NCBI RefSeq assembly: GCF_009914755.1
Contig: NC_060935.1
Origin: the human T2T-CHM13v2.0 reference genome, Homo sapiens
Length of the DNA: 64,000 nt
Reading direction: 5' to 3' (one strand)
In this document: one piece after another, positions 43,358-57,285 of the stretch
Layout: every line of letters begins with the position of its first letter
How positions within the stretch are numbered: position 1 is the stretch's first letter
Notes under the pieces: model-generated
Told to the model about the DNA's origin: nothing
Databases searched by the model: none
Seen by the model: the letters and a program-made list of their open reading frames with translations, nothing else
Made by a program: the position numbers and the translations under genes

Positions 43358-44044
43358 AGTAAAATCTGGCCCCCTCCATCAACGAGATTCTCATCTAGCA
43401 TGGCAGATGAGATGTGCATAAATACAGGGCAAGACATACTGTAAAAGATGCATAAGGGAATGATGAACAACATGCTGCTGAATAAATTGAAGAAGAAGTA
43501 ACATGAATTCCAATCATGGGGAACCAGACAAGGCTTCATGGAATAGGTAGTATTTGTTGCAAGCCTAGAAGAATGAATACAAGTTGGCCAAAGAAAGATG
43601 AAAATAAAAGCATTAGAGGTTGAGGAAACAGAATGAACAAAGGCATCGACTTACAAAAGAATGCACTTGGTTTAGGAAATTATGTATTGTACAGAATCTC
43701 TGGAGTCTAGTGGGTTTGCTTGGGTGTGCAGGGGGGAAATCTGCCTGGAAAAGTAGATGGAGGCCTGATCAGGGCTTTCAAATTTGTCATTCTCCATGTG
43801 AAGGGAGAATTACTCGCATAATCTTGTTGTTCCTGTTGTGTGTATCAACAGCCTTCAGGTAAATAGGAGCTTTTTATTCCTTTATGCATGAGATTCAATG
43901 AAGGTACTTTGTTTTGGATATGGTGTTAGTGGAGAAATCAAGCAGGTGGCTGGAAATGAGAATTTACACTTAGGATCAGGTTGTGGCTAGAGACAGATTT
44001 AAGTTATTGGTCCACAGTTGATCACGGAAGCCATGTTTGGCCAT

Positions 44045-44513
44045 TTATCCTTCTCTCTCAAATTAACAGAATTCCAAGTTTTAACCAGGTACGTTGCCAT
44101 GTACCTAAAATACTATATTTCTTTGCATCTAGCTATATCCATGAGCCTATAGTCTGACACATCAAATGTAAGCAGTAGGGGTATATGGTACTTCCAGAAA
44201 GTCTTCTTCAAAGGAAGAGGTCATATTTATCTTCCAAGCTGTTTGCTTTTAGCAAAGGACATGATGCCTGGCACTCCAGCAGCCAAATTGGATGCTAAAG
44301 ACAAAGACCAAACCCTAAGAATGGCAGATAAGGGTACTGGAAGGAACCTGGAGGTCCTTGGTAAATCTGTAGGTAGAGCTGCCATACTCACCCTGAAGAG
44401 CCTACCCTGATGCTTCTTATATATAAGAAAGAAAGTAACTTCTTGTGTAAGTCACTGCTATTTTGGTATTTCTGGGCTTTTTATATGTAGTCAAACTTAA
44501 TCATTACTGATAC
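44045..44513 (+). mobile_element. Old MaLR LTR (MLT1J-like)
   Basis: gatgcctggcactccagcagcca...ctggaaggaacctgg...tgtgtaagtcactgctattttgg...ttactgataca 3' terminus. Confidence 0.65.
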
Positions 44514-44584
44514 ATGGTGAAATTAGAAGAAATTTTCAAGAGAGTATAATGAAAGAGAGGGGAAGGATGGGGGCTGAACTTTGC

Positions 44585-44883
<299 letters not shown>

Positions 44884-45319
44884 TGAACTTTGAAGAGTGC
44901 CTACATTTGGAGGAAAAGTACAAGAACATGGAGAGTTGAGAGTCAAAGCTAGATTAAAGGTGGATGTTAATGTGAGCTTGTGTTGGAGGAGTGGGTTGGG
45001 GATGGTGGTGGAAATTCTATTCAGTCTAAAATGTCTGTTTCTCAAAATAAGAAATAAAGGGCTGATTAAGGAGCCACTAAAAACTGGAGTGATCCAGGCT
45101 ACTCCCAAGACAGAGGATTAGGTTATATATGTCCAATTTCTGCACCTTAACTTTCCAATCTGTTAATTCATTCCATTGCTGACGTAGAATGATCAGGGAT
45201 TTTCTTCCACAGGGAAGGTAAAGTCAAGAGGGGGAAAAAACTATTTCCCACCAATAAAACAGGGTCCTCGATTGTAACTATACTTAAGAATAAGTCCTCC
45301 GTAAATCATTTTCCCCCTG

Positions 45320-45734
45320 TGTATTAGTCCATTCTCACATTGCTATAAGGAAATATCTGAGACTGGGTAATTTATTAAGAAAAGAGAATTAATTGGCTCA
45401 CAGCTCCACAGGCAGTAGAGAAAGCATGATGCTGGCATCTGCTCAGCTTCTAGGGAAACCTCAGGAAACTTACAACCATGGCAGAAGGAGAATGGGAAGC
45501 AGGCTCATCTTACAAGGCCAGAGCAGGAGCAAGGCGTTGGGGAAGGTGCCACACACTTTTAAATAACCAGATCTTGTGATAACTCTATGAGAACAGCACC
45601 AAGAGCATTGTGCTAAACCATTCACAAGAAATCGCCCCCATGATCCAGTCACCTCCTACCGGGCCCCACCTCCAACATTGGGGGTTCCAATTCAACATGA
45701 GATTTGGGTGGGGACATAGAGCCAAACCATATCA
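45320..45734 (-). mobile_element. Solo MaLR LTR, MSTA-like
   Basis: tgtattagtccattctcacattgctataagg...ccaaaccatatca termini; TSD ccctg/ctctg. Confidence 0.9.
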
Positions 45735-46334
45735 CTCTGCATCTGACACCATATATGAATACCCCTTTTTTGTTCTAGCAGAGGCTATTTGGAGGACAAA
45801 ACCCACCCATCCAGGACTCAGAGGGGTTAGTGGTGAGCTATTTAGTGCCTGCTCCCTGTCTCTTGTGCTCTACCTGTGCATGCTGCATCCCATGGACCTT
45901 CAGATCCTGGCACTGACAGTCATTTGTAAGGAGACTGCAAGTAAAGAGTCTCTGTAAGTTCTGCAAGTGAAGAGTAATTTTGGTTTTCCTTAAAGATCAT
46001 AGACTCTATTATTTGTACTGTAGCTTAGTGGAAAGAGTTTTCCAGAGGCTCCAGTCTGTTTGTTAATTATTCTTTTTAAGAATCACATACAGTGCTGAGA
46101 GTTGTTGACAAAGCACCTTCACCTGTGTTATTTAGTCCTTGTGGTAATCCTTTGGAATAAGCAATGTTATTCCCTTTGATTTACACTGAGACCTAAAGAA
46201 GATGATGAAGAGAAGGTAGATTACAAAGATAATAATATAAATAGCTATCATTTACTGAATTACTAATAAGTACCAGGTAGGGCAGTAGGAACATAATATT
46301 TTTCTAACATAAACAATAATCCTGCAAAGTTTGA

Positions 46335-46652
<318 letters not shown>

Positions 46653-47374
46653 TTAGTATTCCTATTCTGTAGATAATAAAACTGTGATTGTAAGACTTAA
46701 AGTGACTCTTTATATACACTCTTATATAGTTAAAGTGACGCTTTAACTCTTAGAATCAACACAAGCTTTACATTAATTGAACATGACACTAAGGGAGCAT
46801 CTGTGGTGCACTGAGACTCACCCCTTGCAACATTTTGATTCGCATAAATGTCATAACTGACCCTGTGATGCCCTGGGTGGGGGGGTACCATTTACCCCTG
46901 ACCACCCTGGGGAGTTGTTAGATGGTGATGATCCTAGTACAGGCACTCAGTTCACTGAGACTCTGGAAAGAACTCTGAGATAGAAATACAAGGCTATAAT
47001 TGATAATCATTATTAAGGCTTTTATTTGAATAATGAGAAGAATAAAGAACAGGGAAAATGGTTGGATTTTATTAGTTTATTTTTATTATTATGCCAATAG
47101 AATTTATATTGTTTCTAAGCAAATAGGTACATATCAGTACAATCTGTGTTTTCAGTATATTGAAAAAATACATAGCTAAGGAAAATATGATAACTTAGTG
47201 AGGTTGAAGTAGGTTTTTTCTATAAAATTTTGTTGTTCTTTCATGTTACTTTTTATTCTAATTAGAAATCAAGGATAAACTAATATGGAACAAATCTGGA
47301 TGGCAAACTCCACTTCTTTACATTTCTTGAGCGCCTTACCAATCTGCATCTGGTCTTTAAGATTTCCCTAGTAG

Positions 47375-47742
<368 letters not shown>

Positions 47743-50700
47743 TCCCTAATTCTTTACTACTGGCTTTAACTCTGAAACTTCTAAATTAAACGTTCTTTGA
47801 TCATCCCCTTACTGAAGTAGTGAAGGGTCTTGTAAATAAAATCCACAGGACTTTGGGATGGTTCTGACATGGTTTCTTAATAAAGAAAAGTCATTGGAAG
47901 TGTTAACGTAGCTGCAGGTGAGGGTTTTGGAAGCTCATGCTTCACCTTACCTGCTCTCTATATTCTAAAAGTTGCAGAAGTAAATTCGAAAACACAACTT
48001 TCTGTAAAACTTAATGATGGGACTGAAGAGTACAATCGTGTTAAAAGCTACTTTTATATAGCAACTACTAGGTGCTGGGTCCTCTGCTAAGTACTTCACA
48101 GGCATTATCTCGAGTTCTCAAGAGAGAATTCAAGAATCCTACAAGGGAGTAGGGTGAAAAACATCCTTATTTTATAGATGAGGAAATTAAAGCCTAGATA
48201 GGTGTTAGCCAAGATTCATCTAATTAAAAATGAGAGCTTATCTTACAGAGTCATTGTGAGGACTAAATGAAACTGTATTTATTTACCAAATGTTTGGCAT
48301 GGTATAGGGTTGCTGTTTAAATTATGTTCATCTTATTTCAATGTCTCTTTCATATTAGTCTCAAGCACTTCACTGTCTTCGTAGCATTTGGGTTCTTGAA
48401 ATACTTCTGTCTGAGAGAAAACTGACAGTGATATTATCCATTGTTTTGATTTATTTTTTATCAAATAGCAGATAATTAGACTGTTGGCCAGAATTTTTCA
48501 ATTGCTCACCATGGGCCTGTTCCAACATATTATTGGAAATCAGTAATATAAACCTAATTTTTCATGTGTTTTTTTTTTTGTTTTCTATGATAAAATCATT
48601 GGTGGGAATGTTTATGTTGGATATAATAAATTTGAAACATATGAATATCCTCTTGTGACAAGGTAAGGTATTAGTTAGGGATTCTTTTTTAACTTCCACC
48701 CAATTACTTATTTTAGAAAAATGTTAAATTCATTAGATGAAAATTGAAAATATTCACAAGTGTCCTAAGATACCATAGACAGGAGCACGATACAGTGCAC
48801 TGGAATGGGGGGGGTCAGGAGCCCTAGATCTCAGTCTTGCCTCTGTCCCTGACTAGCTCGTGGCCTTGCTTAAGACACTCATCCCCTCATTGCTTCACAA
48901 GGTTGCTACCTGTAAATTGGATATTTCACTCCAGGATCTAAGTTTCATTTTCTGTTTAGCTGTTCATAATAACCCAAAATTCATTAGGGGAAATTCTGCT
49001 GCTTTGGCAGGTAACATATGGGGATGCAAAGGAAAAAATTCTGGCATCTATGTTTTTGGGGTTTACTGAGGGATCTAACCCTCCATCCACTGATAAAATT
49101 CTTTTAAGAAAGTTATATGAGTGAATGATTGTTTGCATTTATTATTGGTGGGTTATCTACTTGTTTAGAGAAGATTGATAATCTTGCAACAAGGATTAAA
49201 TAAAACCATTCCATCTCTCATAATGTCTTATAATGCCTCCCCATTCGTCATCATCATGATCATTATGCTGGTCAAGACAAAAAGTTAATCAGCCACAAAC
49301 AAACATAAGAAGAATTTCTTTTTTTTTCTGCACTGATTGGATCAAGGAAGGGGATTTGCAAATATCTTCTAGTCAAAGAACTTCATTCCAAGTTGCCATT
49401 GCACTTTATGCATTACCTAATCCAAACAGTTTACATAACTGTATTATAATCAATCATGCAGTTCTTTATCTGTTTCCCTCACTGGACTATGATCTCCTTG
49501 AGGGCAGGCGCCTATCTTAATGACTATCATGTTGCCATTCACTAGCATAGTTCCTGGTACAATCCCTCATGATAAGATAATTGTATTTCTATAATTTGAC
49601 TTTAAGACTACAAATCCAAAGGCCACCTCAGTACTCTGTTACTGAGTACTGAGATTATAATATGACCATTGTGCTGGAGAATCAGTTCCAACTGCAATCT
49701 GAAGCTCCCAGAAGGGTGGATATCTGCATCCTTAACTCACATCTCAAACTGTTCACTCAGCAAACAAAGCAAAAACAATATATCTTCTCTTCTTCCTACT
49801 TCACTACCTTTAGAGTTATGTAAAACACTTTAATTTGCACCAGAACACTGGGGAAAGAGAAAAAGGCAGCCAGGATAATATAACAGTATCTTTATTAAGC
49901 CCTTGTGCAGTTTTAAAACGTCAGTAACTTGAATTGAGAACATGGTAGAGGCAACTTACAAATCATATTTGAAAGCAAACTGAATTTTCTCAGAACTGCC
50001 AGAAATTTCTATTCAGTGCAGAGTACACAGTGAAATTTTTCCCAGAGTATGTCTTGTCAAATAATTATTTAAATGTTGGATTAATCACTGTTGAATTGGT
50101 TTGTTTTCTACAGGGCCATCAGAGATTTCAATGCACTGTCAATCTACAAGAAGGGTATATGATATGCAGTTGTTTCACAAACACTGTAACAAATGATTTT
50201 GAAGAGGACATCTTAGGATACTCTGAGTTACTCCAACTTGGACATTTCACAGGTAGGAGAACTATTGAATGGTTCTGCAAGGTAAAGACACTTATTCAAG
50301 AATATTTCAATAACTGTACTTAGTACAAAGCCAGGACTGAATTTAGGTAGTCTGGTTCCCAGTCCAGAAGAGTGTACCTGTTTTCTGTATGCCATATTGC
50401 AGGCCCCTACTTGCCAATGAGAGAGTTTCTGCAATAGCAACATCATCCCTTCTGTTTCATGAAGTCCTACTGGTTGGATTAATAAATAATGGCATTTTCA
50501 GGGCAGTGGGTTGCACCCACTAAGATATTTTTGATTTCTAGTACAAAATGACTTTCCTAGAAATATAATTTCCCAGAAGAAGGGTACACAAGAAATGTGT
50601 GGCTTAAAATTCACCTTTTAGTCATTGTATAAAAGTTGAAGGATAACTGCTCAGTTATTACACGGGAGCAGCTGGTGGAAAAACCACAGGCCCAGTGATG

Positions 50701-51177
50701 ATGATAGATACTGGACATAGAGGAATGAGATCCATTTTCCTAATAGGTCAGCAACTTTATGTTCTATCTGTGGGTGCCTGTCCTGAAGCCTGTGCTCCCA
50801 CTGAATTCCCGAATTCTGCCCATCTAATCCCAATCACATTTTCACACTGGACCGACTAAGTCTTTTCCAGCAATTTCATTCCTTTTCCCCTGCCCTCTGC
50901 ATTCCTTTGTGATCTCATTTGGTCTAAATATCATGTGATGGAATTGGAAGAGCCAAGTAGGCTAGACTTAAATTCTGGCTCTGCCTACACTTGACCACCT
51001 AGAAAACCTCATAGAGTTCCTGTAAAGATTTAAATACACCTACCACACATTTATATATAGTATTTAACATAGTGTCTAGCACAAAAGTGTTAAAGAAATA
51101 ATTCTCTTTCTCTCTAATTGTTGTTTATATAGTAGACCAATTTGCCCAATTAGATAAAAGCTAAGGGCAGAGGGCAT

Positions 51178-51178
<1 letters not shown>

Positions 51179-51222
<44 letters not shown>
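51179..51222 (+). repeat. (GT)22 microsatellite
   Basis: Directly visible. Confidence 0.97.
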
Positions 51223-51224
<2 letters not shown>

Positions 51225-51944
51225 CCTCACAATGCTAGAAACATTCTTTCATTCAAAAACAATCTGTTAAATGCCTCACAGTAGCAGAACATCTCACAGT
51301 AGGTGTTTGCAATTTATTTTATGATAAAGCTTATATGAGAGTAAATAAAATACTGTATGCAAATTTCTGAAAACAGTGCCTAAACAACTAGTAAGTGCTA
51401 TTATGATCACTAGAAAGTACACAAATTTATTTTAGTGCTGTGATAATACTTGGGATGAGCTATTTATCCCATCTTGACTCCGTCTCATGGGGTAATGATT
51501 TTTGCACAGGAACGGTTAATCCAGTTGAAAATCATCACCTCCTAGAAATGGAAACAGAGACATAAACAGGAAGGAGCCATCTAATTCTTAAGTTTCGGGT
51601 GACTCGTTGAAAGCCTGGAGTAATCAGGGATGACAAAGCTCAGCATTCTCAACCTCAGAAGGGTGGCACAAGAATGAGTCATATCTAAGCAGATCCCAAG
51701 CTATAATATTTTCTTGACTTAGCCAAGTCATGTTTTCTTTGCAAAGGCTTCATGGACTTAAAACTAAACTGTTTATAAAAGCCCCTTTTTAGTCTATGTT
51801 TAAGGCTACTGTTTTACAGAAATAGCAATAGAATAAAAAAGTTGGAGAAAGAATTGGAAGATTGGGAACCTGGTTTTGCCTCTACCATGTACTCATGGGA
51901 AGATGTTGGCCTTTCTCTATCTTCGTTTTCCCAACTATAAAATG

Positions 51945-53230
51945 TTATTTTATCCAAAGAACATTAAGTATTTTATATGTGCTAAGTATTTACTGTTTTA
52001 GGTGGTGGGGTGCTGGACATAAAAAAGGTAAGTAAGGCAGAGTCTAGTAGGAAAGAAAATTAATTTGATAATTGTAATTCAGCAACTAGTGCTAAAGGCG
52101 TAGATTGCAACAGAGGACTTAATCCCAAGAAGAAAGAGTTCAGGGGAAACCTCCTTCAGGACCTGGAGCACAGTCTGTCTGGGTAGGCTGTCATAAGTAT
52201 AGTGAAGATGGCAGCTGCATGCAGAGTGAGTTGCATTACAAGGTATAGAGACCTGAGACCACCTTGACAAATGTAGAAACTGCAAGGAATTCAGTCCAGC
52301 TAGATATGGCTAGATAAGGATCATACAAAGCAATAGATTTGAGAATGTCAAAAACTGAAGAATTGAAGAGAAGCAGTAAAAGCTAGATTAGAGAGTATTT
52401 TGTGTATCCTGCTACAGGAAATGAGGGACTCTTTCTCTCCATATGCATATATATGTAAATAAGGCGTATGATCTTATATATGTAAATAAGGTGTCTGTAA
52501 GGACACAGACAGGTAAGCATTTTCAAGGATCATTCTGACTGCAGTATGATTGGCTTGGCAGGTGGCAGAGAACAAAAGCAAGAAAAACTATTAGGATGCT
52601 GTTGCAAGAGGACGCAAGTAATGATGAGTGTCCGAGCTAAGGTAGTAGCCATGGGGATGAGTATTTGAGAGCTTTTAAGGAGGCAGAGTCAACAGAGTTA
52701 AGTGAATTATTGAATGAGGATAGGAAGAGAAAGGGAAGTATCAGGGATGATGTTGAGGATTTGGGCTAAGGTAATGGATGGAAAGTGTTGTCATCCCTCC
52801 AGACAAAGTGATATAGAAACTTGGCTGGGAGAAATTTGCAAAGGGTGAGCATGAGGTACCTAGGGGCATACAAATTAAGAAGTCCAGTAACAGTGGGATG
52901 GATATCAGGAGCTCAGGAGAGAGATTTGGGCTGCAACTACCAAATTAGGTCGAAATTAAAGCTAATGGAAATCATTCAGTGAACTGAGATTGCCCTTAGA
53001 GATTAAAGTAAGGAAAAAAGCTGAAGGTAAAACCCAAGAGAATAACAACATTTTAGAGGAAGAGGGAAGAGTCATCCAAAGAACTATGGATGAGAGTGGG
53101 CAGACACATGAAGACAACCAGAGGAAAATGTCACAGAATGCAGGGGAGGAGGAAGATTCATAATGTGATAATGGTCAGTGGTGACAGATGATACAGGAGT
53201 CCAAGAAGCTTGAAAAATGTCCAATAGATA
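51945..53230 (-). mobile_element. Diverged L2 LINE fragment
   Basis: Reverse L2 tail at ~51950-52000 and purine-rich body (ggatcattctgactgcag...ggagctcaggagagagatttgggctg...). Confidence 0.65.
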
Positions 53231-55043
53231 ATTCTATCTCTCATCCCCTCCCAGGTTGTCATGAGTTCAGAAAAGATCATGGAAGGAAAAGGCTTTGTAA
53301 AATCGCATTCACATCTGTGATTCATTATTATTTCTTGTCTGTTGACCTATCCACAGTGCTGCGCTATCAGAGGACTTAAGATGTTTAAGCCGAAGCCCTA
53401 CTTCCATAATCATTTACTTTCCTGTTTCTTCGATTTATTAATGAGAAATCAAATCAGAAAGAGTTAAATTACTTATCACTGTCTCAAAGGAATAATGTTG
53501 GTTTTCACAACATCCCAGTTTCAGGTATACCATCAGAGTCATTCAGAGATCTGAAGTACAGATTTTTCCTTCTTTGGGTGGTAGTATTCCTGAAATATCA
53601 TTAATAAATTCATTTAAAAAATCTGTTTTAAGTACAGAAAAGTAGGTTGCTATTGAAAGCTTTATGCTGTTTTTTTTAATTCTGAATTTGATTCGTTTAA
53701 CAATGAAATACATCTAAATTCTTAAGACAGTCTCTGAAGGCCATTATAAATCACAGTGCTATTTCTTTCTGACAATTATGTCAGTAAGCTCATGTCAGGA
53801 GGCATATGACAGGCAGAATGGCACAGAAAAATGGAAACAGTACAGATCAAGTATCAGAATAAAAATCTTAATAATAGCAGCCATCTTATTGAATTTTTTG
53901 CTATATGTCAAGTCCTTTACATATATTATATCCTTTTTTCTCTTCAACATTTTAATCCTCATTTTACAGATGAGGAAATTGCAGATCAGAGTGGTGAAGA
54001 GACTTTAGGTTATACAAAAGCCTCTGGCTAAGAAGCTGATCTGGGATGCAAACCCAGGACTGTTATGTAATGATTGTTCCAGGATATGATGCCAATGTAG
54101 GAGGCAGAGAGAGTCAAACCCAGGGATAGTTTCTCTTATCCTTGTAAGTCAGGCAGTGAAGAGGAGAGAAAGGGGATTTTGAGTTAATAGAGGACATGTC
54201 ACACAACAAAGATGAAAACACTGCCTAGACAGGGGGCTGGTTAACAAAGCAGGGTATTAGGAAGATCTCTGCCATGGCAGGGGCCATGTGGAGAGACTCA
54301 GCAAGCCAGTCAGAAAAATTCATCCCATCTGAAAAATTCTTCAAGCTGCAGCAGAACTGGGACATCCGTTTAAACAGGACAGCTCCATGGGACTAGCTTC
54401 ATGAGGACATGTTGAATGAGAGTCAGACTTTCCATCACACTCCCCCATGAAAAGAGAGAATGAGCTAAGCTTATCTGCCTTGTCTGTAAAAAAGAAGTTA
54501 AACCTATGGCTGGTCACTTCATGCACTTAGCAGTGTCTGGGACATGGTATCTACTTCATATCCAGTTGTTACTATTATTCTAAATATCTATCACTATCAA
54601 GCACACTAGTTATGGGTCCCATCAGTCTAGCACCTTAAACATGTACCCCCTCAAACTCATATGCCGATTACAAGAGTCTACTGGGGGGCATCAAAACTCT
54701 GCAACCAAAGTTCACAGGTAAAACTCTGAGACCTGTGATGTGTATTAACGTACAGAATATTATTAACGTACAGAATAGAGATGAAAATTCTTCTTAGTTC
54801 CCAGGATCCATGTGATGAATTTAAAGAAATAATGTAAGCACCCTGTAAACTGCAAATGACTATCCAAATGTGAAGGAATATCATTACTATTACTACTATT
54901 ACTGGTTATGGCTATTTTTAGAATACTCAGGAAAACACATATTCTCATCAAAACACTTTTCTTAATAGTTTAGATCAATTTCCTTTATCATTTTATTCTG
55001 AAGCACTTCAGAATAAAAGTAAAGGAAGGTAAATAAAAGTAAA

Positions 55044-55258
55044 ATTAAAGTAAGGAAAAAAGCTGAATGTAAAACCCAAGAGAATAACAACATTTTAGAT
55101 GAAGAGGGAAGAGTCATCCAAAGAACTATGGATGAGAGTGGGCAGATACATGAAGACAACCAGAGGAAAATGTCACAGAATGCAGGGGAGGAGGAAGATT
55201 CATAATGTGATAATGGTCAGTGGTGACAGATGATACAGGAGTCCAAGAAGCTTGAAAA
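55044..55258 (+). repeat. 215-bp direct duplicate of 53002-53216 (offset 2042 bp; 3 mismatches)
   Basis: Base-by-base comparison from attaaagtaaggaaaaaagctgaa to caagaagcttgaaaa; differences are G/T, G/T and C/T. Confidence 0.97.
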
Positions 55259-55350
55259 GAATAAAATCTGAAGAACTTCAGGTAAATAGTAAAGGAGGAA
55301 AAGGGTATAGGGATCTATGCTCAGGTTAAATGACAGATGAGTTACTATAG

Positions 55351-55665
<315 letters not shown>

Positions 55666-56043
55666 TAAATATGGGTTTTTTTCTTTTTGAAATACATTTG
55701 TTTTGTTTATTCAAGTACTTTAACTCAAGCAATTTAACAAATGTTTATTAAATCAAGATACCATGCAAGAGGCCAAAGAATAATATATTAAGAACACTGG
55801 AAGTTAAAAATTAAAAAAAAAATCTGGCCTGAATTCTACCTCCTCCACTTATGAACTTTCAAATCTTTTTTTTCTAGCAAACGTTGTCCATCGCTGTTAA
55901 GATGACCTTGAACACTTTACATGACTTTCTGAGCCTCTTTTTCCTCATTAAAAGAGAGATTGCATCACCCACTCTGCTTACTCACAAGGAATTTGTAAGG
56001 ATTAAATTAAATAATGACTATGCAAATAAAAGTACTGTTATTC

Positions 56044-56074
56044 GAGCGAGACTCCGTCTCAAAAAAAAAAAAAA
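56044..56074 (+). mobile_element. Extremely 5'-truncated Alu (last 17 nt plus poly-A) inserted in a MIR
   Basis: gagcgagactccgtctc + A-run, flanked by a perfect 16-bp TSD aaaagtactgttattc (56028-56043 / 56075-56090). Confidence 0.93.
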
Positions 56075-57064
56075 AAAAGTACTGTTATTCAGCAGAAGAG
56101 AGGCATGTGCATTAATAAGCACGATGATAGTTTGTTATATATAGTGAGAAATATTACTGATGAGCGGACTGAAACTGTTCATTGCATATTCTCTCTGTAG
56201 GAAATTCTAAATGGAAAGCTGATTATAGTCAGAAAGATGCCAGAGATTGGTATGGGATCAAAGGTGAATTTTAATGGCTAATGTCAACATCATTGTCTGA
56301 TGTGTTGATCTTAATATATTCATATTTCATGTTTATCTTTTATTGATATCAAGCACTCATTTAAAAAATCATATTTCTAAAGTATATATAATAATATGGA
56401 GAAATGATCACAATATAATGCTAAGTAAAAGAAGACAGAACTCTCTGTATGGTGTGATTCTAATTTTGTTTTACATATTATATATAAAGATACAAAGCAT
56501 ATATACTAAAAGAATAATGTTTCCTTTGCAGTGGTGGAATTATGAGTGGGTTATCTTTGGCTTTATATTTTTCTGTATCCTCCTAATTTTATATAGTAAA
56601 CATTTTTTAATGTTAAAAATATTTAAAATAAAGAATCTTAGAACCTTCACTCCAACTTACTATAATTCATTATTTTATATTTTTGTTTTATATTTGAAAA
56701 GCATACACCCTTTGGGCTTGAAGTCATCTATTACAGACAAGTATTAAGGACTTTGTGGGGTATGGCAAATAGAAACGGGAATGTGAGAAGATACAGGTGG
56801 GAAGATTAGGAGTATGAGTCAGTGATAAGAGACATAATCTGACCAGCTGTGTAACTCTTAAATTTTGAGAAAAGGAAGGTTGGAAATTGACAGAAAATCA
56901 CAAAGCTAGAAAACAAGACCAAATATCTTACCTTTCGAGGTCAGTGATAAAACCTAGGAGCTTCTAAGAAAAAAGTAAGATGATACAGACAGGTAGCAGA
57001 CCTATCTCCCCCTATTCAAGGCAATTGAATACTCAGTACAGAATCCCAGAAAGCTACATGCGCA

Positions 57065-57285
57065 GTGAGGATTTAAGGCCATCCAAAATCAGAAGGTCTA
57101 TGGAAAACTCTAGTCTCACACTCAACCACTGAAGGAATGCCTTTTACCATGCATAATGGCCAGCTATGCAGCTTCTGCTGGAGCATCTGCTGAGGTGGAG
57201 AGGCAGCTCACTCCTTAGTGAGGCAACTCACTCTTTGTTGGATGGGTCTCTTGGTTATACAAGAGTCCTTTCTTACTCTGAATGA
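57065..57285. mobile_element. L3/CR1 fragment
   Basis: cagcttctgctggagcatctgctg...agctcactcctt...aggcaactcactc...agtcctttcttact, resembling CR1 RT-region decay. Confidence 0.5.
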
